Source: a virus
Lineage: Duplodnaviria > Caudoviricetes
Length of the DNA: 64,000 nucleotides
Direction: 5' to 3' (one strand)
IMG/VR virus record: IMGVR_UViG_3300031902_000003
Location: 1 to 64,000 of that record
Numbering within the stretch: position 1 is the first letter of the stretch; each line of letters begins with the position of its first letter. Made by a program: the position numbers and the translations under genes. Shown one piece after another: positions 1 through 9,707 of this stretch. The notes beneath the pieces were generated by a model. That model saw nothing but the letters and a program-made list of their open reading frames with translations, did no database searches and was not told where the DNA came from.

Positions 1-2
1 TA

Positions 3-641
3 TTAATCGGTCTGACTGTTGACGAAAAAAGTCCAAAGTTTCCTTACAACTTTAAACAAGTAACAAAGTTTCTAAATGACATCGTTAAGAAGTCAGATGA
101 TAAAAAACAGAAGATTAAGTTGACAGTCGGCGATGGTGGCGAATCAATAGACGTGTTTGATCAAGATATCGATGCAGTCGATGCACGAGCAATCTTTAAA
201 CTTCTTAAAAAGATTTCAGGAATAGATCATCAGTCAGTAATGACGAATGTCGTAGCTCACATTATAGATTCTAACTTTAGATTAAGGAATATTAATCTAA
301 AGCAGGTAGATGATAAGTACGTAGAGAATGTATTCTTCTCAGCTTATGATCCAACGAAAATACTTTCAGACATTGACAAGATTGTGGTCGTCGATGAAGA
401 GAAGGGTTTCTTTATGTTTGATCCGAACAAGCTATTAATCTATTTCAAACCAGGTGGAATATCAAAGTCTACACAGGGTCTCCACCCTGTGTCACCTCTC
501 GGTGGAAAATCGAAGAAGTCATCAGCAAAAACAACTTCTACAGATAAGAGTCCAGCTCAGAAGAAGAAAGAACCAAAGCAAACAGATTTGATTAAGAATG
601 TTGGTGGTAAGGAAAAGCCAGGTCCTGTATTCAAAAAATAA
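3..641 (+). CDS. hypothetical protein, 5'-partial
   Basis: The frame of the 120..641 ORF stays open back to position 3 (TTA ATC GGT ...), so the gene probably begins before the window. Lys-rich C-terminus. Confidence 0.7.
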   Translation, partial: LIGLTVDEKSPKFPYNFKQVTKFLNDIVKKSDDKKQKIKLTVGDGGESIDVFDQDIDAVDARAIFKLLKKISGIDHQSVMTNVVAHIIDSNFRLRNINLKQVDDKYVENVFFSAYDPTKILSDIDKIVVVDEEKGFFMFDPNKLLIYFKPGGISKSTQGLHPVSPLGGKSKKSSAKTTSTDKSPAQKKKEPKQTDLIKNVGGKEKPGPVFKK

Positions 642-1163
642 ATGTCTTCTTGGAATGTAGTGGATAATGGAAGCAGAGAATTTTTGCTAATACATTCTAG
701 CACTGCTATTCGTTTAAGTCCGTCTTCTAAACCAGACATCACAAAGCTTATGAGTGAAATGGAAGAAGCTGATGTTCCAATTTCATACACAAATGAGTTA
801 GAGGAAATTTACTTTACAAAGATCCCAGGTGGAAATCACGGAGATTATTGTTCAGACAGAATAAGACTTGCTGCTGATAAGAAGACAAGAGAAATTCTAG
901 GAAAGGTTCTAGTTCATGAACTTGCACATCATGTAGATGATCAGGAAGATATATGCTCAGATGATCGTCTTATGAAAGAAAAGAAGAAGAAAGCGAAGTA
1001 TATGTCAGACACATACGCGAAGAGAAATGTGGGTGAATATTTTGCTGTCGGCTTTGAAGTTTATTACTTCGGAACAGATAAAGAAAAGAGGCAAATGAAG
1101 AAGAAGAACCCTTATCTCCATAGGACGATTGAGGCCATTCACAAGAAATATAGTCGCATGTGA
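642..1163 (+). CDS. zincin metallopeptidase, anthrax lethal factor/Pro-Pro endopeptidase-like domain
   Basis: VLVHELAHHVD (HExxH) followed by YAKRNVGEYFAVGFEVYY, the downstream Glu motif typical of ATLF-like domains. Confidence 0.7.
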   Translation: MSSWNVVDNGSREFLLIHSSTAIRLSPSSKPDITKLMSEMEEADVPISYTNELEEIYFTKIPGGNHGDYCSDRIRLAADKKTREILGKVLVHELAHHVDDQEDICSDDRLMKEKKKKAKYMSDTYAKRNVGEYFAVGFEVYYFGTDKEKRQMKKKNPYLHRTIEAIHKKYSRM

Positions 1164-1271
1164 TTGGGCCTACTCGCCACCTGTCAACCTATTTAATATG
1201 TGAGCAGGTAATGGCACTCGCTGTAAAAGAAAAACTAATTCACTATACACACTTACACAAAGGAAAAACAA

Positions 1272-2156
1272 ATGGATATCAATTCACTTAGAGAAAGACT
1301 CACTCAACTTAATCGCAGCACAAAGAAAAGCGATAGCCTCTGGAAGCCAAAGGATGAACACAACGTTCGTCTTACACAGGATCCTAAGGTAGACGACCCC
1401 TTCCAGCAGATTTTCTTCCACAATGAAATTGGTGATAACATGCCAATTCCTTGTCCTAAGATGAATCATGGAGAGGAATGCGCCATCTGTGAGTTTGCAG
1501 AAGTTCTAAAGGCGTGGAAGAATACTGACGGCGAAGATAAGCCCGAAAAGGAAAGGAAGGCTGACTTCGAAATCTTCAAGAAGATTCAGGCAAAGGCGCG
1601 CGTCTACGTTGCAATGGTTGAACGTGGTCATGAAGATGAGGGAGCTAAGTGGTGGGGTATGACTCCTGCTCAGGCCACTCAGGTTCTTGATGTCTGCATG
1701 GATGGCGATAGACTTGAAGAAGTTGGCGTCGATAAGGACGATAGTAAGAATGCCCTCAAGGTTTTGTTCGATACCAAGAAGGGATATGATCTCTCTGTCA
1801 GCTTCGCTAAGCCAGGAGAGAAGGGAAATAGCAAGACGTTCACTCAGGTTACTATCAAGGGTCGTATTAAGCCAAGTCCTCTTGCTAAGGACGAAGCTAC
1901 TGCAAAGAAGATTGTTGAGTCAATCAAGAATCTTTCGGACCTCTTTCCCAAGGTTCCTTCTTCTGAAGTCGAGAAGATGTTCAAGAAGTATCTTGGCAAT
2001 GGATCAGCTGAAGCAAAGACTGACGGCGGCACTGAGAAGTACGGCGGTGAAAAGACCAAGGAAGTTGCTAAGCCAGCTAACACCAAGGAGAGCGCAAAGC
2101 TTTCCGGAACGCGTAGTATAGACGAAGCGTTCGGTGACATGCTAGCTGAAGAATAA
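1272..2156 (+). CDS. single-stranded DNA-binding protein (T4 gp32-like)
   Basis: LWKP...HNVRL...FFH...CPKMNHGEECAICE zinc motif and an acidic tail (AFGDMLAEE). SD aaggaa upstream; followed by a terminator. Confidence 0.75.
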   Translation: MDINSLRERLTQLNRSTKKSDSLWKPKDEHNVRLTQDPKVDDPFQQIFFHNEIGDNMPIPCPKMNHGEECAICEFAEVLKAWKNTDGEDKPEKERKADFEIFKKIQAKARVYVAMVERGHEDEGAKWWGMTPAQATQVLDVCMDGDRLEEVGVDKDDSKNALKVLFDTKKGYDLSVSFAKPGEKGNSKTFTQVTIKGRIKPSPLAKDEATAKKIVESIKNLSDLFPKVPSSEVEKMFKKYLGNGSAEAKTDGGTEKYGGEKTKEVAKPANTKESAKLSGTRSIDEAFGDMLAEE

Positions 2157-2170
2157 TACAGAGTTCAAAT

Positions 2171-2202
2171 GACAAGGGGGCTTCGGCTCCCTTGTCTCTT
2201 TT
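2171..2202 (+). terminator. rho-independent terminator
   Basis: 11-bp stem GACAAGGGGGC/GCTCCCTTGTC with a TTCG loop, followed by TCTTTT. Confidence 0.9.
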
Positions 2203-2213
2203 GATCCAGGAGA

Positions 2214-2711
2214 ATGGATATGGGAAAGTTTTATCTTGTGAGTGGACTCGGTGCTGGGTTCGATGGTTTGATCATCGAAGGTAATAAAATTTCAGTGCCT
2301 GAAGGTCTTGAAGTTGTCGAGGTTGAAAAGATATTAGACAGAAGCATTGTGACTGGAGATAGGAATGTTGTCTTGTCATTTCCTCCAGGAGGATTGTTCA
2401 TAGGGTGTGATCATCTAGATCAAGTAGATGATCCAGGCATAATGGAATTTGCCTATGACAATCCTTATGGAAAGTTCTTACTAGAAGGTCGAATGGACTG
2501 CGGTGATCTTCGAGTAACATATGCTCAGTTTGAAAAGGCAATGACCGTCACAGTTCTTGACACGCAGGCAAATAGAACTGTAATCTCGGAGAATTTCTCT
2601 AAGGATTTTGATGCTGTCAAGGCGGCAATTGAAGACGTTCTAAAGAATGGCGGACAGGAAGATCTTGTCTTTAAGCTTCGTGAGTTGAAGGAGATAGAAA
2701 CAAATGGCTAA
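2214..2711 (+). CDS. hypothetical protein
   Basis: SD aggag; overlaps the recA start. Confidence 0.7.
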   Translation: MDMGKFYLVSGLGAGFDGLIIEGNKISVPEGLEVVEVEKILDRSIVTGDRNVVLSFPPGGLFIGCDHLDQVDDPGIMEFAYDNPYGKFLLEGRMDCGDLRVTYAQFEKAMTVTVLDTQANRTVISENFSKDFDAVKAAIEDVLKNGGQEDLVFKLRELKEIETNG

Positions 2712-3999
2712 GAAAAATAAGGAAGAGAAGGAAGAGAAAGTAGAGGTAGCGAAGGAACAAGATTCCATGAAGCTTAGTAAGCTTCTTATCAAGGAATTTA
2801 ATAAGGATGAAGATAAGACTGGCAAGATGGCTTGGTGTCTTGCTACCGATGAAGACAATCCCACTGACGTCAAGGAATTTATTAGCACCGGCTCTACTCT
2901 TCTTGACTATCTTATCGCGAATAAGAAGGGTGGAGGAGTTCCAGTTGGAAAGCTAACAGAGATTTCTGGCGAAGAGGCGTCTGGTAAGTCTCTTATCTGC
3001 GCTCATCTTATCGCTGAGTGCCAGAAGCGTGGAGGCTTAGCGATCTACATTGACACAGAGAATGCAGCTAATCCTTCATTCATGCAACAGATCGGTGTGA
3101 ACATCTCTGAGATGGTCTATCTACAACCTGGAACAATAGAAGAGGTTGGTGAAGCAATAGAAAAGACAATCATTATGGCTAGAACCAGAGCACCAGGTAA
3201 GCTTATCTTGATCATCTGGGACTCAGTCGCCGGCACTCCGCCCCAAGCTGAAATAGAAGGTAACTACGATCCAAATGAAAGAATCGGTCTTGCTGCAAAG
3301 GCTCTTGCTAAGATGATGAGGAAGCTCACTCAGGTCTGGGGAAGAGAAAGAATCGCAATGGTCTTCACTAACCAACTCAGAGTTAAGTTCGGAGTGATGT
3401 ACGGTGACCCTATGGGGACGACAGGTGGTAAGGCAATTCCTTACCACGCTTCAGTTAGAGTGCGGCTCGAACGAGGTGTGAACCTCAAGCCGGCAGGGAA
3501 AGAGGATGATCCTAAGTCTGCAGTCTACGGAGTTCATACGAGAGCCAAGACTGTGAAGTCTAGACTTGGTCCTCCACTTAGAAAGTGTGAATTCGATATC
3601 ACTTTCTCTTCTGGAATAGATGACGTTAATTCCTGGTTAGAAAAGCTGCATCAGGTCGGAGAGATAGTTAGATCTGGTGGATGGTGCTATCTTCCGGCAG
3701 TTCCTTCTGGAAACATAGAAGAGAAGGGTGTCGACAAGGGAAAGGACTGTGGCATCGCATTCAGAGAAAGTCAATGGCCAGATATCATAAAGAATGGCGT
3801 CGATGTCAAGAGAACAAGTCCAGATAATGAAAAGAAGAAGATTGACGTGCATGTTGATGTCAAACCGATTGTTCTAGATCTTCTTGATAAGCACATGGTT
3901 GTTCGTTATGGAGAGAAGCCAAAGGACATGGTTATTGATCCAGAATCGTTAATGGATGCAGAGGCAGTCACAGAGGCTGTGATAAATGGCGAAATTTAA
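2704..3999 (+). CDS. recA: RecA/UvsX-family recombinase
   Basis: Walker A GEEASGKS, YIDTENA, IIWDSVAG, VFTNQLR, TTGGKAIPYHASVR. Confidence 0.95.
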   Translation: MAKKNKEEKEEKVEVAKEQDSMKLSKLLIKEFNKDEDKTGKMAWCLATDEDNPTDVKEFISTGSTLLDYLIANKKGGGVPVGKLTEISGEEASGKSLICAHLIAECQKRGGLAIYIDTENAANPSFMQQIGVNISEMVYLQPGTIEEVGEAIEKTIIMARTRAPGKLILIIWDSVAGTPPQAEIEGNYDPNERIGLAAKALAKMMRKLTQVWGRERIAMVFTNQLRVKFGVMYGDPMGTTGGKAIPYHASVRVRLERGVNLKPAGKEDDPKSAVYGVHTRAKTVKSRLGPPLRKCEFDITFSSGIDDVNSWLEKLHQVGEIVRSGGWCYLPAVPSGNIEEKGVDKGKDCGIAFRESQWPDIIKNGVDVKRTSPDNEKKKIDVHVDVKPIVLDLLDKHMVVRYGEKPKDMVIDPESLMDAEAVTEAVINGEI

Positions 4000-4522
4000 A
4001 CCCGGCGAAATTATAAGATTCACTTATAATGCCAAGCAACTCGATGAAGCCTCAGGAGATCGCTTCAAGGAAGTTCTTGTTCTTAATCCTTCGTGGCAAG
4101 GAAAAGTTCATGGAATAGACATGAAGCGTCTCACTGAAGCTGAGCGAATGGCTCTTGTTGCTATATTCGATCCGAAGACAAAGAAGGGTTTACACAGACT
4201 TCCTATTGTCAATGACGTTCTAAGAAGAATGCAACCTCTGGTTGAAGTAAAGAATCCAATGAGCTTCTACCAGAAGTTTGTTAAGGTCTTCCTAAGAAAC
4301 AAGGATGCTTACCGAATGTACGAAACTCCGAGAATGGCGAACGTAACGATCGTAAAGGATAGCGCTGTTCAAGGTGGAGTATATAATCCCAAGCCATTGT
4401 TTCACAAGGTAGAGTCTAAGGTAACAGACAAGGCTAGACTTGATCTTATTAAGAAGGTCGCCGCTGAAAAGGGTGTCAGTGTATCTCCAAAGGTTACTGG
4501 TGGAACGTTTAAGAAAGTGTGA
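3986..4522 (+). CDS. hypothetical protein (weak resemblance to gp2 DNA end-protector-like proteins)
   Basis: PGEIIRFTY...VLVLNP...VHGID pattern only. C-terminal peptide shared with the 58843 ORF. Confidence 0.55.
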   Translation: MAKFKPGEIIRFTYNAKQLDEASGDRFKEVLVLNPSWQGKVHGIDMKRLTEAERMALVAIFDPKTKKGLHRLPIVNDVLRRMQPLVEVKNPMSFYQKFVKVFLRNKDAYRMYETPRMANVTIVKDSAVQGGVYNPKPLFHKVESKVTDKARLDLIKKVAAEKGVSVSPKVTGGTFKKV

Positions 4523-5487
4523 TCATGATTCCCGATAAAGTTCTTCTTATAGATGGAATGAATTTGTTTATCAGATGTTTTTGTGTTGTCCCAACGATGG
4601 ATACAAATGGAAATCCGACGGGAGGAATAACTGGATTTCTAAAGAGCATGAAGAACATGATCAGAGATTCACTAGCTGATCGTGTTATAGTTGCTTGGGA
4701 TGGAGAGGGAGGTTCAAGTAGACGAAGAGGAATTCTTAAAGAATACAAGGAAGGAAGAAAAGTTCGACTAAATAGAGAATACGATTTTGAATCTCCAAAT
4801 GAATCTAAACAAAATCTCTCTGATCAACTTTCTAAACTTAAGCAATTTCTAGAACTACTTGGAATAATCCAAGTTGAAACACCAGAAACAGAAGCTGATG
4901 ATGTTATAGCACTCATTTGCAAATCAATTTACCCAGATGTTCAGAAGGTTGTACTTACTTCTGACAGAGATATGCTGCAATTAATTGACGACAAAACAGT
5001 TGTTTATTCACCAACAAAGAAAGTTTATTGGACCTACTTTGAGATGGTAGACAAGATGAAGATACTTCCTGAGAATTATATCTTTGTCAAGGCTCTGATG
5101 GGTGATAACAGCGACAATGTTGATGGAATCAAAGGGATTGGAGAAAAGACAGCGCTAAAGCTTTTCCCGTTCATTTCAGAGAAGCCAACGTCACTTGAAG
5201 AAATTCGACAACATTGTATAGCAAACGCCAAGCCTGCTACTAAGTATCAAAGCATATTAGATCAGTGGGACCGTGTTCTTGAGAACGTGAAGTTGATGCA
5301 ACTCTCAAGTCCTATTATAAGTCCTAACTCAGCGAGGGTTATTAGAATTTCGACACTAGAACAGCGTCCTAAATTCGTTTTCACTGAATTCAAACTTGAA
5401 CTTATAAGACATGGAATCCAAGCATTAGAGCAGGATTTCTTTGGCGTTATCCAAGGATACAAGCACCGTGCAGAGGCTACAAAATAA
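4519..5487 (+). CDS. 5'-3' exonuclease / flap endonuclease (T4 RNase H / PolA N-terminal family)
   Basis: LLIDGMNLFIR, VAWDG, EADDVIA, SDRDMLQL, GDNSDNVDGIKGIGEKTA. Confidence 0.93.
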   Translation: MIMIPDKVLLIDGMNLFIRCFCVVPTMDTNGNPTGGITGFLKSMKNMIRDSLADRVIVAWDGEGGSSRRRGILKEYKEGRKVRLNREYDFESPNESKQNLSDQLSKLKQFLELLGIIQVETPETEADDVIALICKSIYPDVQKVVLTSDRDMLQLIDDKTVVYSPTKKVYWTYFEMVDKMKILPENYIFVKALMGDNSDNVDGIKGIGEKTALKLFPFISEKPTSLEEIRQHCIANAKPATKYQSILDQWDRVLENVKLMQLSSPIISPNSARVIRISTLEQRPKFVFTEFKLELIRHGIQALEQDFFGVIQGYKHRAEATK

Positions 5488-5591
5488 AATTAATGTGTGT
5501 GACTCTGTAGAGTGTTATACCAATTATTAAACTTAAGCAGCTAACAAGGTTTCTAAACTACGATATAATAGTATTCACTGGAGGATAAAGG

Positions 5592-6992
5592 ATGTCTGAA
5601 GATACGGTTGACAAGGAAGCAACTTTCTCTAAAATGGGAAAGGGCTATCAGGAAAAAGTAGTTCAAGCGTTACTTCAGGATTATTTGTTTGCAGAACAAA
5701 TGTCTGATGTTATTCAACCAAAGTATTTTGATGTTAAGTATCTTCAGGAGATTGTAAAGAAGTTTTATGATCATAAGTCGAAGTACAAGACATATCCTTC
5801 ACAGGATATCTTGGAGGTAATGATTACTAGAGAGGACGACAATGGTGATGCTATCGTCAACTCACAGGTTCGAGAGTACCTTGGCAAGATCAAGGAGACT
5901 CAACTCAACGGAGATAAGGGTTACATTGAAGATAGTTCTCTTGAGTTCTGTAAGAAGCAGAGTCTTAAGGATGGTATTGTAAAAGCGATAGACATGATGG
6001 AAAGTGGAAACTATGATTCCATTCAGGGTGTTATCAAGGATGCACTGAATCGTGGTGGTACTCGTGACATGGGTCATGACTACATTGAGGGATTTGCTCA
6101 GCGTGGTCAGAAGTCTGTTCGTAAACCAATCAGCACAGGTTGGCCTCTCATTGACAAGGCATTCAACGGTGGTTGGGAGCGTGCTACGCTATCGACATTT
6201 ATTGCTCCAACTGGAGCTGGTAAGTCAATGTTCCTTGTTAACTGCGGTGCTGCTGGTATCGCCGACGGCTTGAATGTTGTTTATATCACTCTCGAGATGG
6301 CAGACTGGAAGATTGGTCTTCGTTTCGACTCTTACTACTCTGGAGTCGAGATCAACAACGTTGCTGACAATCAGGACGTTGTCAAGAACGAAGTGAACGG
6401 AAAAGTAAAGGGAAGACTTTACATTAAGGAATTCCCAACGAAGACTGCAAGTGTTCAAACAATTAGAGCATATCTTCAGAGATTGGCAGCTACAAAGAAC
6501 TTTACACCTGACATGGTCATAGTTGACTATGCTGATTTGTTGAGAGGTTCTAGAAACACTGGCGACAAGAGATTTGAACTTGAAGGGATCTATGAAGAGC
6601 TTAGAGGTCTGGCTCAGGAATTCAATGTCGTTATGATTACGGCTGATCAGACTAACAGATCTGGATTGGATATGGAAGTTGTAACGATTTCACAGATTGG
6701 CGAAGCTTATGCAAAGGCAACAGTGTGCGACGTCATTATGACTGTCAGTAGAAGAATGGAAGACAAGCAAGCTCATTGTGGAAGATTGTTCATTGCCAAG
6801 TCAAGACTCGGTCAGGATGGAATGGTGTATCCATTCCAGTTGAATACTGCGACAGTGAAGGTTACAGTGCTCAATCAAGGTGAAGACCCAATTGCTCTAT
6901 TCATGGACAATCAACAGAATAGAATGCAAATGATGGCTGACAAGTACAACAGATTTGTTAAGACTAAGTCTGGCAACGCATCTGACAAGTGA
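5592..6992 (+). CDS. dnaB: replicative DNA helicase (DnaB / T4 gp41 family)
   Basis: APTGAGKS, YITLEM, VIVDYADLL, TADQTNR, IAKSRLG. Confidence 0.92.
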   Translation: MSEDTVDKEATFSKMGKGYQEKVVQALLQDYLFAEQMSDVIQPKYFDVKYLQEIVKKFYDHKSKYKTYPSQDILEVMITREDDNGDAIVNSQVREYLGKIKETQLNGDKGYIEDSSLEFCKKQSLKDGIVKAIDMMESGNYDSIQGVIKDALNRGGTRDMGHDYIEGFAQRGQKSVRKPISTGWPLIDKAFNGGWERATLSTFIAPTGAGKSMFLVNCGAAGIADGLNVVYITLEMADWKIGLRFDSYYSGVEINNVADNQDVVKNEVNGKVKGRLYIKEFPTKTASVQTIRAYLQRLAATKNFTPDMVIVDYADLLRGSRNTGDKRFELEGIYEELRGLAQEFNVVMITADQTNRSGLDMEVVTISQIGEAYAKATVCDVIMTVSRRMEDKQAHCGRLFIAKSRLGQDGMVYPFQLNTATVKVTVLNQGEDPIALFMDNQQNRMQMMADKYNRFVKTKSGNASDK

Positions 6993-7002
6993 GGCAATTG
7001 AC

Positions 7003-8763
7003 ATGACTGAAAATTTCTATGAACCAACTGGGTTGGCACTTGAAATATTTAAGAAGAGATATGCAAGACATGAGAATGAAACGTGGCATGAGGCTTGTGA
7101 TAGAGTTGCAACACACGTAGCTGCAGCCGAAACGAATGGTCATATTTCGCAGTACACAAAAGAGTTCTCAGGTATCTTGAAGAGGAATTTATTCTTTCCT
7201 GGCGGGAGAATTTGGTACGGATCTGGTCGACCAAAGGGTCAGCTTCTTAATTGTTTTGTTATTCCGACAAAGGATAGCAGAGAGGGGTGGGGAAGAACTG
7301 CGTCTGATACTATTGTAATCTCTGGAACTGGTGGTGGAGTAGGTACAAACTATTCAAACATTAGACCGAAGAGATCTCCGATCGCCGGTGTTGATGGTGC
7401 TGCATCTGGAGCTGTATCTCTTATGCGTGGAATTAATGCGTTTGGCGAGGAAATGAAGAGTGGTGGCGGGCGAAGAGTCGCGTTGATGATGGCTTTGAAT
7501 TTAAATCACGGAGACATCATAGAGTTTCTGGATGCAAAACTTGATCTCAAGAAATTAAACAACGCAAATGTAAGCGTAATCTTTGATGAGAATCCAGAAG
7601 ATTTCTTTAAACTTGTCAAAGAGGAAAGAGATCTTGAGCTTAAGCACAACGGCAAGGTAATTGGTAAGGCTCCAGCTGCAACGCTTTGGAAGAAGATTAT
7701 ATCAAATGCATTGAAGTCTGGTGAACCTGGTATTCTAAATGGATACTTCGCAAACAAGATGAACAATGTTTGGTACTTCAAGCCAGTAATTTGCACCAAT
7801 CCGTGTGGGGAAATCTGGTTGATAGAATACGATTGTTGTGACCTCGGCGCCCTAGTTCTTCCAAGATTCATTGTCGGAGGAAAGATCGACAAGGAACTCA
7901 TCAAGTCTACAGTCAGAACTGCTGTAAGATTTCTAGACAACGTTCTGACTGTAAACAACTATCCTTTAGAAGAGATAAAGGAAACATGCAGTCAGATAAG
8001 AAGAATTGGTCTCGGTGTTACTGGTTTGTCCACAATGTTGCTACAACTTGGTATGAAATACAATTCTGTAGAGGCATTAGAGTTTGTAGACAATCTAATG
8101 AACTTTATCAAGAATTGTGCGTATGAGGCAAGCATCGAACTTGCAGAAGAGAAGGGAAGCTTCCCAATGTTCGATGCAGAGAAGTTCTTGAAGGGAGGGT
8201 TCATTAAGACTCTCAAGCCTTCTATCAGAGATGGAATTAGAAAGAAGGGAATCAGGAACTGCGCTCTATTGACAATTGCTCCTGTCGGTACAGGATCTAT
8301 GGTCTGTAATGTCGACAGTGGCATCGAGCCATCGTTCGGACCAGGACATAAGAGAACATTCAGGGATGGTGATGAACTTAGGTCTGAGATCGTCGTACAC
8401 CCTCTCTTTAAGGAGATGTTCATCAATGGTAAAGATGTTAGCCATTTCCAAAGTGCATATGAATTGAAGATGAGAGATCACTTTGAAATGCAAAGAGTTT
8501 GCCAGAGACATATTGACAACGCTGTCAGCAAGACAATCAATGTTCCACCAGGAACTTCTGAGCAAGAACTCTCAGATCTCTACATGGAATACTTACCAGA
8601 ACTGAAAGGTGTAACCGTATATCCCGAAGGTAGCAGAGAGAATCAGCCAATCACTCCAATGACGTTCGAAGATGTTCTTCCATTTATAAATTCAACTTCA
8701 GAGGCTGCTCTCAGTGGTGATGCATGCAAGGATGGATCTTGTGATGTACCTTGGGCTAAATAG
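7003..8763 (+). CDS. nrdJ: class II (B12-dependent) ribonucleotide reductase
   Basis: FFPGGRI, LLNCFV, GGGVG, SGEPG, TNPCGE, CDLG, RRIGLGVTG, TIAPVGT, IDNAVSKTIN, C-terminal Cys pair. No small-subunit gene adjacent. ATG at 7003 follows SD gagg. Confidence 0.85.
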   Translation: MTENFYEPTGLALEIFKKRYARHENETWHEACDRVATHVAAAETNGHISQYTKEFSGILKRNLFFPGGRIWYGSGRPKGQLLNCFVIPTKDSREGWGRTASDTIVISGTGGGVGTNYSNIRPKRSPIAGVDGAASGAVSLMRGINAFGEEMKSGGGRRVALMMALNLNHGDIIEFLDAKLDLKKLNNANVSVIFDENPEDFFKLVKEERDLELKHNGKVIGKAPAATLWKKIISNALKSGEPGILNGYFANKMNNVWYFKPVICTNPCGEIWLIEYDCCDLGALVLPRFIVGGKIDKELIKSTVRTAVRFLDNVLTVNNYPLEEIKETCSQIRRIGLGVTGLSTMLLQLGMKYNSVEALEFVDNLMNFIKNCAYEASIELAEEKGSFPMFDAEKFLKGGFIKTLKPSIRDGIRKKGIRNCALLTIAPVGTGSMVCNVDSGIEPSFGPGHKRTFRDGDELRSEIVVHPLFKEMFINGKDVSHFQSAYELKMRDHFEMQRVCQRHIDNAVSKTINVPPGTSEQELSDLYMEYLPELKGVTVYPEGSRENQPITPMTFEDVLPFINSTSEAALSGDACKDGSCDVPWAK

Positions 8764-8780
8764 GGTTTATAATAAAAAAT

Positions 8781-9707
8781 ATGGAAAAGCCAACTAGTAT
8801 GGCCGATGTTATTCTTGCAACTCATAAAGGTTGCATGGATGGATCGGGTTGTACAATCATGTTTCTTCGTGCTGGAGGTAAACTTGAGAATGTTCACTTC
8901 GTCGGTGCAGGAATGGTTGAGAGGTTTATCAAACGCGATCTTCCAAAGTTCGGAGATAAGTTTGTAATCTTTGCAGACATTGGTCTTTCTGGTCCAGATG
9001 ATGGTGAATCGTTTAGTTCAAGTCAGACAAAGTATGCAGACATTTTGGAGAAGCGTGGCAACTGTATTCTTATTGATCATCATATTACTTCTGAACATCT
9101 TAAGTCTAGAAGCTGGTGTGATGTAAGACAGGAATTCTGTGGCACAGAACTTCTTAGACAGTATCTTGGGCTAGAGGATGAAAGCTCAAAAGCTCTAGCT
9201 ATTCTTATTCAGGATCATGATCTATGGCTCATGAAGGATCCAAGATCAGTTGAACTTGCGGCATTCACAGTCTTTGTTGGTCAGGATATCTTTGTCGAAA
9301 GATTCCTCAATAGAGATGTTTCAAAGGAATTCTTTACTCCTCTTGAAGCAGAAATGATGGCGATCATGATTAGACGTCGCGATCAGTTTATTGCCGCTGC
9401 CATTAAGAAGGTCGTCATTAAGGATGTGACTTGGGGTAATGGAAACATCGCCAAGGTTGGGTACATTGTTTCTCCTGAGATGAACGTCTCTCTTCTTCTT
9501 GACACTCTTCTTACACAGCACACAGAACTTGATGTCGGTTGTCAGATCAATTTTGAGAAGGGTGCTGTTAGTTTGAGGTCACGTCGTGGGTACGATGTGT
9601 CAGAGATGGCTAAGTATTTCGGCGGTGGCGGTCATAAGGCAGCGTCAGGACATAAGATTTCAGACACGTTTGTTAATGATATCATAGAGGACATTCATGG
9701 CCATTGA
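8781..9707 (+). CDS. DHH/DHHA1 phosphoesterase
   Basis: HKGCMDG, FADI, IDHH, QDHDLW, SLRS, GGGGHKAASG. Confidence 0.9.
   Translation: MEKPTSMADVILATHKGCMDGSGCTIMFLRAGGKLENVHFVGAGMVERFIKRDLPKFGDKFVIFADIGLSGPDDGESFSSSQTKYADILEKRGNCILIDHHITSEHLKSRSWCDVRQEFCGTELLRQYLGLEDESSKALAILIQDHDLWLMKDPRSVELAAFTVFVGQDIFVERFLNRDVSKEFFTPLEAEMMAIMIRRRDQFIAAAIKKVVIKDVTWGNGNIAKVGYIVSPEMNVSLLLDTLLTQHTELDVGCQINFEKGAVSLRSRRGYDVSEMAKYFGGGGHKAASGHKISDTFVNDIIEDIHGH

Noticed and set aside
6955-7002. ORF-track N-terminal extension of RNR (likewise 13612, 20372, 44158, 53065, 62610)
   Set aside because: Downstream starts with SD or promoter support fit better; the extensions overlap upstream genes or promoters.
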